A stretch of 64,000 bases of DNA, from the NCBI GenBank assembly GCA_963725075.1, contig CAVRXA010000017.1, forward strand, positions 17,573 to 81,572, written 5' to 3'. Source of the DNA: an uncultured Acidobacteriota bacterium (GTDB taxonomy: Bacteria > Actinomycetota > Acidimicrobiia > Spongiisociales > ZC4RG35). This document shows positions 21,294 through 30,948 of the stretch, in pieces; the first letter of the stretch is position 1, and every line of letters begins with the position of its first letter. The position numbers and the translations under genes were made by a program. Under the pieces are notes generated by a model. The model ran no database searches, was not told the origin of the DNA, and saw only the letters and a program-made list of their open reading frames with translations.

Positions 21294-22382
21294 ATGCCAA
21301 GGATCCGGCCGGACGTCGCCGCCATCAGCCCGTACGTTCCCGGCCGATCGATCGAGGAGGTCGCCTCCGAGATCGGCATGACCCCGGACGAGATCGTCAA
21401 ACTGGCCTCGAACGAGAGCCCCGACGGCCCGTTTCCCGGAGTGGTCGAGGCCGCGACCAGAGCCCTGGCCGAATCGAATCGCTACCCCGACGACGATCTT
21501 CGTGAGCTGACTGCGGCGTTGTCGGCCTACCTCGACGTTCCGGGCGATCATCTCTGGTTCGGGAACGGGAGCGTGGGCTTGATCACCCATATCGCTCTCG
21601 CCACCGGCGGCCCCGGAACGAGCGCCGTCTATGCCTGGCCATCGTTCGTGATGTACCGCATCGCATCCCGATGGGCGACGACCGAGATGATCGAGGTGCC
21701 GCTCGACGACGAGCAGGTGCACGACCTCGATGCAATGAGCGAGGCGATACGTGATGACACGACGATCGCCTACCTGTGCAATCCCAACAACCCGACCGGG
21801 ACCATCGTCACGTCGGATGCCATGACTGCCTTCCTCGATTCCGTGCCCGAATCGACGCTGATCGTGATCGACGAGGCCTATCACGACTTCGTGACCGACG
21901 CCAGCTACGCGACCGCGATTCCCGAGGCCTTGCGCCGTTCGAATGTCCTGGTGTTGCGGACCTTCTCCAAGATCTTTGCTCTCGCCGCACATCGGGTTGG
22001 GTACGCGGTCGGTCAGCCCGGCACGATCAGGGAATTGCGCAAGGCACAGCCGCCGTTCACCGTCGCTCAGGTGGCCCAGGTGGCAGCAGCCGCCTCGCTC
22101 CGGGACCGAGGCGAGCTGGAGCGGAGGGCCACGGCGAATTCGGCGGCACGTCATCAGCTGCTCGGCGTCCTGGCCGAGAGATCGCTGCCACACACGAGGA
22201 GCGAGGCGAATTTCGTCTATTTCGCCCTGGGGATCCCGGCCGAGGAGGCCGCCGAGCTCTTCACCAGGCGAGGTGTGATTGTCCGCCCGATGGGTGGTGA
22301 GTGGCTGAGGGTGACCATCGGGGCCGAGCACGAGAACAGACGGTTCGTCGATGCATTGGACGAGATCCTCACCGCGATCTGA
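21294..22382 (+). CDS. hisC: histidinol-phosphate aminotransferase
   Basis: 362 aa, class II aminotransferase. Motifs: KLASNESP, NPNNPTG and FSKIFALAAHRVGY (PLP lysine). Confidence 0.9.
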   Translation: MPRIRPDVAAISPYVPGRSIEEVASEIGMTPDEIVKLASNESPDGPFPGVVEAATRALAESNRYPDDDLRELTAALSAYLDVPGDHLWFGNGSVGLITHIALATGGPGTSAVYAWPSFVMYRIASRWATTEMIEVPLDDEQVHDLDAMSEAIRDDTTIAYLCNPNNPTGTIVTSDAMTAFLDSVPESTLIVIDEAYHDFVTDASYATAIPEALRRSNVLVLRTFSKIFALAAHRVGYAVGQPGTIRELRKAQPPFTVAQVAQVAAAASLRDRGELERRATANSAARHQLLGVLAERSLPHTRSEANFVYFALGIPAEEAAELFTRRGVIVRPMGGEWLRVTIGAEHENRRFVDALDEILTAI

Positions 22383-22500
22383 GCGGGAGCGCCTCAAAAA
22401 ATGGGCCGAACGAACCACTGGTATTAGCTACCCCGATCGGAGAAAATGTCCCGGGGGAGGGCAATGGGTCCCCCATGGGAGGCGGAGGGCTCCGGGCGGG

Positions 22501-23487
22501 ATGGATCTTCATCGAATTGGCCACGAGGCGGCGCGGTTGCTGCCGCTCGCCCAAAAGGTGCTCGAGCATTACCCATTCCGGGTGAGGGAAGTGGAGCATC
22601 TGGCCACACACTCCAATGTCATGTACCGCGTGATCACCTCCGACGGCTTCCAGTGCGTCCTGCGGGTGGGGAGCCCGGGCGCCAATTCCCGGACCAACAT
22701 CGACTACGAGGTTGCCTGGTTGTCGGCATTGAACCGGGACACCGACCTGGAAATCGTCACCCCGATCAAGACCGGGTACGGGACCTTGATCGTCGATGCC
22801 GCGGAGCCCGACTCGGACAAGACCAGGCCATGTGTGCTCTTCAGCTGGATTCCCGGTGCTCCGCTTGCCGATGGCGCCGGCAGCTTTGGATATCGCCTCC
22901 TGGGGCGAATCAGCGCCTCGCTGCAAGAGCACGGGCGAACCTGGCAGGTTCCGAACCCCGACGGGATGAGACGCTGGGACCGGATCTTCTACTACGACCC
23001 CGAACTCGATCCCGTGATCATCGAGAGCCCGAGATTCGACCATGTCTTCGACTCGTATCGCCGCCGGACGATCAGCAAGGCATCGGAGCTGTCCGAACGG
23101 GTCATCAAGGATGCCTGGGCGACCGGATTCCCCCATGTCGTGCATGGCGATCTCCATGAGTGGAACGTCCATTTGATCCGTTCCCGGCTCCACGCATTCG
23201 ACTTCGAGGATGTGATGATCGCGACCCCGGGCCAGGATGTCTCGGTGTGTCTCTACTCGTCACGCGCCAGCGATCGGCGGGAGGAGATCAGGTCGGCCTA
23301 CCGTCAGGGGTACGAGGAGATCGCACCCTGGCCCATCGAAGACATGGAGCAACTGGACGGATTCCATGCCGCCCGCCAGATAATGCTCATGAACTACGCG
23401 GCGCGGACCCTGCCCATGGGGGAGGCCGAGGAGTATCTGACCCAGGTCACGCCCTGGCTCCAGCGTTACGTGGATCACTACGGCTGA
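22501..23487 (+). CDS. aminoglycoside phosphotransferase (APH)/choline-kinase-like kinase family protein
   Basis: Start at ATG 22501. VVHGDLHEWNV (HGDxxxxN catalytic loop) and FDFED are present. Confidence 0.8.
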   Translation: MDLHRIGHEAARLLPLAQKVLEHYPFRVREVEHLATHSNVMYRVITSDGFQCVLRVGSPGANSRTNIDYEVAWLSALNRDTDLEIVTPIKTGYGTLIVDAAEPDSDKTRPCVLFSWIPGAPLADGAGSFGYRLLGRISASLQEHGRTWQVPNPDGMRRWDRIFYYDPELDPVIIESPRFDHVFDSYRRRTISKASELSERVIKDAWATGFPHVVHGDLHEWNVHLIRSRLHAFDFEDVMIATPGQDVSVCLYSSRASDRREEIRSAYRQGYEEIAPWPIEDMEQLDGFHAARQIMLMNYAARTLPMGEAEEYLTQVTPWLQRYVDHYG

Positions 23488-23491
23488 GCCC

Positions 23492-24129
23492 ATGAGGTTC
23501 GCCGACCGCCGGGAGGCGGGGGCGAGCCTCGGTCGGGCGGTTGCCGCCCACTACCCACCGGAACCGCTGGTGAGTGCCCTCCCCCGAGGAGGGGTTCCTG
23601 TCGGGATTCGAAGTTGCCGCGACACTGGGCTGCGAGCTCGACGTGCTGGTCGTTCGAAAGGTCGGGGTTCCGTTTCATCCCGAGCTCGCCATGGGAGCAG
23701 TCGCCGAGGGCGACGTCGTCATCAGGAACCAGGAGATCATCGACGCGGTCGGGATCGACGATCAGACCTTCGACGCTCGGGCCCAATCGGAGAGGGCCGA
23801 GTTGGAGTCGAGGCTGTCTCGATACCGGGAGGCAGTCCCGGCCATCGACCCCGCCGGTCGCACAGTGGTCGTGGTCGACGACGGTCTCGCCACAGGGTCG
23901 ACCGCGCTCGCGGCGATGAGCGTGTTGCGCGCCCGCGATGCGCTCGGCGTATGGCTGGCGGTCCCGGTGGCGCCGGCTGACGCGGTTGCCCGTGATGGAG
24001 GGAGTAGCCGATCGCGTGATCGTGATCGAGCATCCGAGGAGGTTCATGGCGGTTGGCGCCTGGTATCGGGACTTCAGCCCGACTCCGGATGCCGAGGTCG
24101 TCGAGCTTCTCCGACGCTCCCGCAACTAG
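23492..24129 (+). pseudogene. phosphoribosyltransferase family protein, split over three frames (two frameshifts)
   Basis: MRFADRREAGASLGRAV...LPRGGVPVG (frame 1), then FEVAATLGCELDVLVVRKVG...VVVVDDGLATGST (PRPP loop, frame 2), then MEGVADRVIVIEHPRRFMAVGAWYRDFSPTPDAEVVELL (frame 3). The frame changes are near 23603-23606 and 23985-23992. Confidence 0.72.
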
Positions 24130-24161
24130 CGTTGATCGTCCCGACCCAGGAGCACGACCAA

Positions 24162-24569
24162 ATGCCCTCATTGGAGTTGTTCTGCACGATCAAGGCCGAG
24201 ATGGGGAGGAAGATCATTGGCAGCACTCCAGCCGGGATGCGCATCGACTTCCCGTTCGAGGGCACAGCCACGGGACCTCATTGGGAAGGTGAGCGGCCGG
24301 TGAGCGGCATCGACTATGTGACGCTTCGCTCCGATGGGAACATGGATCTCGACATTCACGCCACCGTTGGCGAGAAGCGGGAAACCGTGGCCTACAGCGG
24401 GAGCGGGGTTTCCATCGTCAACCCGGATCAGTCGGCCGAGCCGCGGGAGTTGTTGACCTTCCAGACCGGCAACGAAGACCTCGCCTGGCTGAACAGCGAG
24501 ATCGGCGTGGCGTTCGGCAGAGGCGAAGCCGGGAACCTGACTGTCGAGGTGTTTCTGGTCAAGCCCTGA
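24162..24569 (+). CDS. DUF3237 domain protein
   Basis: 135 aa from the internal ATG. MPSLELFCTIKAEMG...GMRIDFPFEGTATGP...DYVTLRSDG resembles the DUF3237 beta-barrel family. Confidence 0.65.
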   Translation: MPSLELFCTIKAEMGRKIIGSTPAGMRIDFPFEGTATGPHWEGERPVSGIDYVTLRSDGNMDLDIHATVGEKRETVAYSGSGVSIVNPDQSAEPRELLTFQTGNEDLAWLNSEIGVAFGRGEAGNLTVEVFLVKP

Positions 24570-25335
24570 AGTCGGGCTTCCTCTTCTCCATGAACGCCAT
24601 GACGCCTTCACGATGCTCTGGCGTCTTGCCGAGACGGCCCTGTTCTGCCTGTTCGGCCCGCAAGGCGTTTTCGAGGGAGGTGCCCGAGGCCTCCCGAATC
24701 AGACGTCTGGTTGTGACCAGGGAATCGGGGACGAGGTCTGCCATCTGCCCCGCCAATGAGCGGGCTCGATCGAGGAGCTGGTCACCGGGCACCACAGCGA
24801 TGCAAAGCCCCAGCTGAAGGGCCTCCTCTGCGCCGACCCGTCGATTGGTGAAGGCGATCTCGAGGGCCCTCGGCACACCGAGATGGTGTGACAGCCACCA
24901 AGTCGTGCCCGAGTCAGGCACCAGCCCGATGGCCGTGAAAGCGGAGGTGAGAAAGGCGTCCTCTGCCATCACGCGAAGATCGCAGGCGAGAGCCAGGCCA
25001 AGACCGGCGCCGGCCGCCACGCCGTTGATCGCCCCGATGACGGGCACCTTGCATTCGAGCAGGGCCCGCAGGGCGGGATGGAACACTTCATCGAGCAACC
25101 GCGCCAGGTCGGGCCCGGCGCCACTCTCATAGTCCGCCATCAGGTCGTTTAGGTCCGCACCTGAGCAGAAGGCCTTGCCCTCACCGGTGAGGACGATCGC
25201 CCTCGCCTCCTCTCCGGCCCGACCCAGGGCGTGGATCAAACCCTTGGCGAGCGACGCCTCGATGGCGTTGTACCGGGCAGGTCGGTTGAGGGTGACGATG
25301 GCCAGATCACCCTCGAGGACGTAGTCGACGCTCAT
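24559..25335 (-). CDS. enoyl-CoA hydratase/isomerase (crotonase) family protein
   Basis: Motifs: LTGEGKAFCSGADL and IGAINGVAAGAGLGLALACD. Confidence 0.9.
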   Translation of the reverse strand: MSVDYVLEGDLAIVTLNRPARYNAIEASLAKGLIHALGRAGEEARAIVLTGEGKAFCSGADLNDLMADYESGAGPDLARLLDEVFHPALRALLECKVPVIGAINGVAAGAGLGLALACDLRVMAEDAFLTSAFTAIGLVPDSGTTWWLSHHLGVPRALEIAFTNRRVGAEEALQLGLCIAVVPGDQLLDRARSLAGQMADLVPDSLVTTRRLIREASGTSLENALRAEQAEQGRLGKTPEHREGVMAFMEKRKPDFRA

Positions 25336-25456
25336 TCTCCTCCTGGTCGGCGAAGGCTAACCGGCCGGAAAGCCAAGCAATGCTGGGTTTTTCGCCTATG
25401 GTTACTCGGACGTCACCAGATACACGGTGCCGCACGTCGACCCACAAGGAGGGGCC

Positions 25457-25750
25457 GTGAACAAATCCGAGATGGCGGACAAGCTCGCCGATAAGGCGGA
25501 TATCTCCAAAGGCAAGGCCTCGGAGATCATCGACCACATCTTCTCCACGAAGCCGGGCGAGGGAATCATCGCCGTGGAGCTAGATGCGGGCCGCAAAGTG
25601 AACATCACCGGGTTCGGCAATTTTGCCACCAAGCATCGCTCAGCCCGTCAGGGTCGCAACCCGGCCACCGGGGCGACCATCACGATCGCAGCGAAGAGGT
25701 ACGCCCACTTCTCCGCCTCGAAGGGCCTGAAGGACCGAGTCGCCGAGTAA
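25457..25750 (+). CDS. hup: HU family DNA-binding protein
   Basis: GTG start with AAGGAGG 6 nt upstream. VNKSEMADKLA... and GFGNFATKHRSARQGRNPATG (beta-arm motif). Confidence 0.9.
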   Translation: MNKSEMADKLADKADISKGKASEIIDHIFSTKPGEGIIAVELDAGRKVNITGFGNFATKHRSARQGRNPATGATITIAAKRYAHFSASKGLKDRVAE

Positions 25751-25768
25751 GCGCCCTCAACCGGGATT

Positions 25769-25807
25769 CAATGGGCCCCGTCGGATCGACGGGGCCCATT
25801 ACTTTTG
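25769..25807 (+). terminator. intrinsic terminator after the HU gene
   Basis: A 14-bp stem aatgggccccgtcg/cgacggggcccatt with a 4-nt loop, followed by acTTTTg. Confidence 0.65.
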
Positions 25808-25814
25808 CCCTGGA

Positions 25815-26600
25815 ATGAGCCCTGACCACTGGCACCCCCCGGTCGCCATCGCCCATCGTGGTAGCCGCCTCCTCTGGCCCGAGAACACGATGGAGGCGTT
25901 CTCCGGGGCTGTCCGGCTCGGCTATCGCCACCTCGAGACGGATCTGAGGGTCACCAGAGACGGTGTCCTGGTCTGTCTCCATGACCCCACGGTGGACCGC
26001 ACCACCGACGGATCAGGTCCGGTGACGGAGTTCACATTCGACGAGCTTTCCACTCTGGACGCCGGCTATCGGCACGCGGGCGTCGAGGGTCGCACCTTCC
26101 GGGGCAGGGGAATCCGGGTCCCCACCCTCGAGGAGGCGGTGCTTGCCTTTCCGGAGGCCTCCTTCGTCGTCGACCTGAAGACCGAAAACCTGGTGGGGCC
26201 CCTGCACGAGTTGATCGAGCGACTTCGCCTGCACGATCGGCTCATCGTGGGCTCGTTTTCCGATCGACGACTGCAGGAATTCCGGCGGGCGTCGGCCGGG
26301 CGTGTCGCCACTTCAACGGGGGCAACCCTGGCCAGGTCCTGGCTCGTGGCTTCGAGAGTTGGCCGGGGAGCGGTGGGTGAGGCATCGGCGCTCCAACTCC
26401 CGCGTCATTCCAGGGGACTTCGGGTGATCGACCGAAAGCTGATCGAATCGGCGCACGCCCACGGTCTCCAGGTGCACGTCTGGACCGTCAACAACCGCTC
26501 TGAGATGGCCGAGCTGCTCGATCTCGGAGTAGACGGGATCATCACCGACCGACCCGATGTGCTCAAGGAGCTGCTGGAGGACCGGGGGCAGTGGGGTTGA
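25815..26600 (+). CDS. glycerophosphodiester phosphodiesterase
   Basis: Motifs: IAHRGSRLLWPENT, LETDLRVTRDG and VHVWTVN. Confidence 0.88.
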   Translation: MSPDHWHPPVAIAHRGSRLLWPENTMEAFSGAVRLGYRHLETDLRVTRDGVLVCLHDPTVDRTTDGSGPVTEFTFDELSTLDAGYRHAGVEGRTFRGRGIRVPTLEEAVLAFPEASFVVDLKTENLVGPLHELIERLRLHDRLIVGSFSDRRLQEFRRASAGRVATSTGATLARSWLVASRVGRGAVGEASALQLPRHSRGLRVIDRKLIESAHAHGLQVHVWTVNNRSEMAELLDLGVDGIITDRPDVLKELLEDRGQWG

Positions 26601-26643
26601 GGCGGGGAAGGGTGTCGCAGGGTCGCAGGTACCATCGCCACCG

Positions 26644-27138
26644 ATGATCAGGTTGGCCGCCGTCCTTTTGTTCGCGGTTGAGGTTGGGACCGGTTTCGGC
26701 ACGGCCTCTGCGTCCGTCGTCTCCATGACCGACGAGTCCATGATCATCGACGTTCGGGTCGAGGTGGAGACCTCTGCCGATTCGGTGGTCGTCCATCTCG
26801 CCCTGCCGGACGAGGACCCAATCACGCTTCCGATGCTCCAGCGTGATGATGGGGCGTACGGCGTCACCACCGAGGTCAAGCCGGCCAACTACATCGTGAT
26901 GTTCGAAGCGATCGGCGACCCCGGCGCCGAGTCGGACCAGGTCTCACTCACCGATCTCGGTGTCGACTTGAGCTCGACCTCGGGCACGACCTCGACCACG
27001 GAAAGCGAGGAGTTGAGCGCCGGCACGCAGCAGTGGCTGTGGCTTGGCATCGCCCTCGGTGCCGCATCGCTGTCGGCTCTGGCCTTCTGGGTCCTCGGTG
27101 GGCGTGACCGGGATGAGGGTCAGACGAGCCGAAAGTAG
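26644..27138 (+). CDS. hypothetical secreted protein with a C-terminal membrane anchor
   Basis: Internal ATG. It has an N-terminal signal-like MIRLAAVLLFAVEVGTGFGTASA, a Ser/Thr-rich stretch and the C-terminal TM WLWLGIALGAASLSALAFWVL. Confidence 0.5.
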   Translation: MIRLAAVLLFAVEVGTGFGTASASVVSMTDESMIIDVRVEVETSADSVVVHLALPDEDPITLPMLQRDDGAYGVTTEVKPANYIVMFEAIGDPGAESDQVSLTDLGVDLSSTSGTTSTTESEELSAGTQQWLWLGIALGAASLSALAFWVLGGRDRDEGQTSRK

Positions 27139-27246
27139 AAGCACAGGCGGACGAGTCGGCCCCACCCGGAGAGGAGCCGTCTCACGTTCCCTGAGCGGGC
27201 CGACGAACAGGTCATACGTGATGCTCTGCCGTCCGATGCCGCCGGT

Positions 27247-27708
27247 GTGGCACGGGTCAACGTCGCCAGCTGGCGGCAGGCATACCCGGGTCTCATCGAC
27301 CAGGCATTCCTCGACTCGCTGGATGTCGAAGGCCGGACCGAGACCTGGAACCGGATCCTTCGCCAGACCAGAGGGCGCGTCCTCGTGGTCGAGGACGACG
27401 GCGTCGTCGACGGCTTCTGTGCGGTCGGTCCCTCCATCGAAGACGATTGGGGTGAGGTGTATGCCATCTACCTGGACCCTGAGCGTTGGGGCCAGGGGGT
27501 GGGGCGCGATCTTCTCGCCGCCGGTGAGAGGGCCTTGCTCGATGACGGCTACTGGCAAGCCCTGCTCTGGGTGCTCGATGGGAACACCCGGGCCCGAACC
27601 TTCTACGAACGCCAGGGATGGGCGCTGGGCAAACCGATCCGCATCGAGAACATCGGGGGCGCCGACGTCAACGAGGTTCGATACGAGAAATCTCTAGGCC
27701 CGACCTGA
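27247..27708 (+). CDS. GNAT family N-acetyltransferase
   Basis: The RWGQGVGRDLL acetyl-CoA motif is present. The GNAT-like sequence (LTFPERADEQVIRDALPSDAAG) continues in frame upstream of the first ATG/GTG/TTG, so the N-terminus is unresolved. Confidence 0.8.
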   Translation: MARVNVASWRQAYPGLIDQAFLDSLDVEGRTETWNRILRQTRGRVLVVEDDGVVDGFCAVGPSIEDDWGEVYAIYLDPERWGQGVGRDLLAAGERALLDDGYWQALLWVLDGNTRARTFYERQGWALGKPIRIENIGGADVNEVRYEKSLGPT

Positions 27709-28324
27709 CGAGATCCAGGTCACCGGGAACCGTCACCTTCAGATTGTCGGGGTCCCCGGCGACGCCCTCGATGTCGATGTCAGCGAATCGGCGAACGATC
27801 GCTGCAGTGTCCTGGGCTTCGTATCCGACGACTGCCGCGGCGGCATAAGCAGTCATCAGAGGCTCGCCCCGGAACACCTGGGGTGTCTGGGCGACGAATG
27901 CGTTGGCGACCGGGGCGAGGTCAGATTGCCCGACGATCGGGCCTGACGCCGGCACGACCGGGACGGCCCCGCCGACTCGCGCCGCGGTCTCGAAAAGGGC
28001 TTCGATCAAATCGGCCGGGACCATCGGACGCGCCCCGTCGTGGATGCCGACGAGGTGGGCGGGCTCGCCGATGGCCTCCAACCCGGCCCGTTCGGAGGCG
28101 GTGCGGCTCGGGCCTCCCGGGAAAAGGTCTGCGCCCGTGACCAGCGGGGCCAGGACCGGCATTTGGTCGGGCCGGCACACGAGGATGCAGCGATCGACAT
28201 GGTCGATGACGGCAGCCACGGTGTGGGCCACCAACGGCTTACCCGCCACCATCATCAGCATCTTGTCCCCTCCGAATCTGACACTGCTCCCGGCGGCGAC
28301 TACGACCATCACTCGATCGATCAC
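27668..28324 (-). CDS. ispD: 2-C-methyl-D-erythritol 4-phosphate cytidylyltransferase
   Basis: VVVAAGSSVRFGGDK (AAGxGxRxG), IHDGARP and AQTPQVF. Confidence 0.88.
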   Translation of the reverse strand: MIDRVMVVVAAGSSVRFGGDKMLMMVAGKPLVAHTVAAVIDHVDRCILVCRPDQMPVLAPLVTGADLFPGGPSRTASERAGLEAIGEPAHLVGIHDGARPMVPADLIEALFETAARVGGAVPVVPASGPIVGQSDLAPVANAFVAQTPQVFRGEPLMTAYAAAAVVGYEAQDTAAIVRRFADIDIEGVAGDPDNLKVTVPGDLDLVRSGLEISRIEPR

Positions 28325-28373
28325 GGCTCGAGGGTACTTTTCGCCGGTGATCGACTGTCAGACCTTGCGCCAG

Positions 28374-28673
28374 ATGGCAGCGGCTGATCCGGTCGTGGTG
28401 GTCGATCACAACGGCGAGCCGATGGATCGTGCGGGGCTTCCCGACGAGCTTCCGATCCCGGGCCTGCTGGTCTCACCGGTGAACGAGGCGGTCAAGCAAG
28501 TCGAGGCGGGAAGGCTGATCGCCGATCTCGACCGTGATTCTCTTTGGGCCGTGGGCGGATTCGTCCTCGACATGACCGTCCTCGACGCCCTCGGGGAGGG
28601 CACGTATTCCGCCTCGGAGTTGATAGGCGCGGTGACTTCAGCGGGCTTCGTCTGGCAGCCAACCATCTTGTAG
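28374..28673 (+). CDS. hypothetical protein (possible N-terminal module of the following CpaE/Ssd-like protein)
   Basis: 99 aa from the internal ATG. It is in the same frame as the next ORF, separated from it by a single TAG plus 10 codons. Confidence 0.4.
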   Translation: MAAADPVVVVDHNGEPMDRAGLPDELPIPGLLVSPVNEAVKQVEAGRLIADLDRDSLWAVGGFVLDMTVLDALGEGTYSASELIGAVTSAGFVWQPTIL

Positions 28674-28703
28674 GGCGCCCCGGCGCGATATACGTTCGAG
28701 GTC

Positions 28704-29267
28704 ATGGTGGGGATGGGGAGATCTCCGGGCCGGCTCGGCGTACTCGCAGTGACTTCGCCGGACCCGGTGCTGTCGTTGCTCTCGGCCCTGGGCCTGGCTC
28801 AAGTGGCAGGGAGCGCCCTTGTCATCGACATGTGCCGCGATCTGGCGCTTCAGAGTGGACGCACCCTCTCGGATCTCGCCGCCGAGGGCCCTTCATTGTC
28901 CGAGCTGGGTCCGGGCCGGTCTGGTGTGGCCCTCTTGTCGTCCGGACCGATCGAGCCGGTCGAGGCGTTGCCCCTCATCGACACTCTGGCCGAAGGGTGG
29001 CCCGCAGTGGTGATTCGATGCGAAGGTGGAGGGTGGTCCGGTCCAACCGTCCCGGTCCGGCCACTCTTTCCCGGTCTTCTCAGGTCCGTCGATGAGAGCC
29101 CGGCCGTATGGCAGCCGACGGCAGCTGGAGCAAGACCGAGTGGACCGGGACCGGTTCTTCCCCGCCTCAGCGGGTCTTTGACCCGGCGCCTCCTCTCGGG
29201 AAAGTCGGCGGCCAAGGCCCGTTGGGTGCGGGCATGGGAACGGGTTTGGGAGATGCCGTGGGCGTGA
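28704..29267 (+). CDS. hypothetical protein, possibly a degenerate ParA/CpaE (Ssd)-like Tad assembly protein
   Basis: It sits directly upstream of, and overlaps, the CpaF-type ATPase. GVLAVTSPDPVLSLLSALGLAQVAGSALVIDM has the layout of a deviant Walker A segment but lacks the GKT residues. Confidence 0.35.
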   Translation: MVGMGRSPGRLGVLAVTSPDPVLSLLSALGLAQVAGSALVIDMCRDLALQSGRTLSDLAAEGPSLSELGPGRSGVALLSSGPIEPVEALPLIDTLAEGWPAVVIRCEGGGWSGPTVPVRPLFPGLLRSVDESPAVWQPTAAGARPSGPGPVLPRLSGSLTRRLLSGKSAAKARWVRAWERVWEMPWA

Positions 29268-30310
29268 TCGACAAGGTCATCAGCGACATCGCTACCGGAC
29301 TGGTTCCATTGCGCCGTTCCGAGGTGACTGCAGAGGCGGAACGTCTCCTCTCCGTGGCCTCGCCCCATCACGTGGCTCGGCTGGCGGGGAGCATCGCCGA
29401 TCGGATCTTGGGCCTCGGGCCCCTGGAGCCGCTGCTGGCGGACCCGAAGGTCACCGACATCCTGGTCAACGGGCCTGATGACATCTGGGTGGACCGGGGT
29501 GGGGTGTTGACCCGGGTCGCCGAACGGTTCGCCGGAGAAGCCGACCTGTACGCAGCGGTGGAGCGGGTAATTGCCCCGCTTGGGCTGAGAGTCGATCGGT
29601 CTTCGCCAATGGTGGACGGGCGTCTGAGCGACGGGAGCCGGATCCACGTCGTAGTGCCGCCGGCCGCCGTCGACGCCCCCATCGTCGCCATACGACGCTT
29701 TACCAAGGCGGTGAGCTCGCTCCAAGAGTTGGTGACGGTGGGAACGGCGACACAGGAGCAAGTCGAGTTGCTCTCGAAGGCCGTGGCTGAAAGGCAGACC
29801 GTGATCGTCTCCGGTGGAACCGGTGCAGGCAAGACCACGCTCCTCGATCTTCTCGCCGGCCTGATCCCGTCCGACGAGCGAGTGGTGACGATCGAAGATG
29901 CCGCCGAGCTCCGCATTCCGGGACACCGGGTGCGTCTGGAGGCACACCCACCAAACCCGGAGGGGATCGGCGAGATCACGATCCGCCAGCTGTTGCGATC
30001 TGCGCTCCGCCTCCGCCCCGATCGCATCATCGTCGGCGAGGTGCGGGGCCCGGAAGCTCTCGACCTCATCTGGGCGCTCAACACCGGTCATCGCGGCTCG
30101 ATGTCGACGCTCCACGCCAACAGCCCGGAGGAGGCGCTGTGGAGGCTGGAGACGCTTGCTCTGTCCGCCGGAGACACCTCCGAGCTCGCGGTCCGACGCC
30201 AGCTCCACGCCGCCATCGACATCGTCGTGCAGATGGAGCGGGTCGATGGCAGACGTGTCATCACCGAACTGGCCCTCGTCGGATATGAGGGCATCGAGGG
30301 CGGTTTGTGA
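29264..30310 (+). CDS. tadA: Tad/CpaF family type IV pilus secretion ATPase
   Basis: Walker A IVSGGTGAGKTTLL, RPDRIIVGEVRG and GHRGSMSTLHAN. Start taken at the GTG that forms a GTGA overlap with the upstream stop; ATG 29234 is an alternative. Confidence 0.9.
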   Translation: MIDKVISDIATGLVPLRRSEVTAEAERLLSVASPHHVARLAGSIADRILGLGPLEPLLADPKVTDILVNGPDDIWVDRGGVLTRVAERFAGEADLYAAVERVIAPLGLRVDRSSPMVDGRLSDGSRIHVVVPPAAVDAPIVAIRRFTKAVSSLQELVTVGTATQEQVELLSKAVAERQTVIVSGGTGAGKTTLLDLLAGLIPSDERVVTIEDAAELRIPGHRVRLEAHPPNPEGIGEITIRQLLRSALRLRPDRIIVGEVRGPEALDLIWALNTGHRGSMSTLHANSPEEALWRLETLALSAGDTSELAVRRQLHAAIDIVVQMERVDGRRVITELALVGYEGIEGGL

Positions 30311-30948
30311 CCTGGTCACTGATCGCCCTCGCTGTCGGAATCGGGATCGAGTGGCGGCGTCTCGCGCTTCTCTCGATGGCTGTCGTGGCCCCCCTCCCGA
30401 TGGCCCTTCTCGTAGCCATCCACTGGTGGCGGGCGCGTCCCGGTCTCTCCATGCGCGCCACCCGGTTCTGCGAGGCGGTTTCGGGTGAGCTCCGTGCCGG
30501 TGCCTCGCTTCGCTCATCGGTGGAGACGGCCGCCGTCTCGGTTGAGGCGGCAGAGCTCGCCCGGTGCTGCCGGATGGGGGCACCGATGGATCAGGTCGCC
30601 CGGGCGGCGCAGGACGAATTCAGCGAGATCGGTCCCGAGCTCGGGACGCTGCTGGCGCGGGTCGACGGGCTCGGCGTCTCGCCTGCTGCACTGTTCGACG
30701 AGATCGGGGCCCTCGCCCTGGCCCAGGTGGAGGTCGCCCATGAGGTGTCTATCGCATCGGCACCAGCGAGGGCGACCGGTGCCGTGCTACTCGTGGTTCC
30801 GATCCTCGCTCTTGGTTGGGCCCTGACCCAGGGCAGTCTCGAAGGGCTCCTCCGCCATCCGGCTCAGAGGGCCGCCGTCGTGGTGGGTCTTGCCCTCGTG
30901 GTCGCCGGCGTCACCCTGTCGGTGCTGATCCTGCGGAGAGCACGATGA
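30307..30948 (+). CDS. tadB: TadB-like type II secretion system F-family membrane protein
   Basis: GTGA overlap with tadA. It is a polytopic membrane protein of the size and position of actinobacterial TadB (Rv3658c-like). Confidence 0.7.
   Translation: MTWSLIALAVGIGIEWRRLALLSMAVVAPLPMALLVAIHWWRARPGLSMRATRFCEAVSGELRAGASLRSSVETAAVSVEAAELARCCRMGAPMDQVARAAQDEFSEIGPELGTLLARVDGLGVSPAALFDEIGALALAQVEVAHEVSIASAPARATGAVLLVVPILALGWALTQGSLEGLLRHPAQRAAVVVGLALVVAGVTLSVLILRRAR

Noticed and set aside
28850-30583. 577-aa ORF antisense to the tad ATPase and tadB genes
   Set aside because: It is a high-GC shadow ORF, Arg/Pro/Gly-rich with no motifs. The sense strand carries a clear CpaF ATPase with a Walker A motif.
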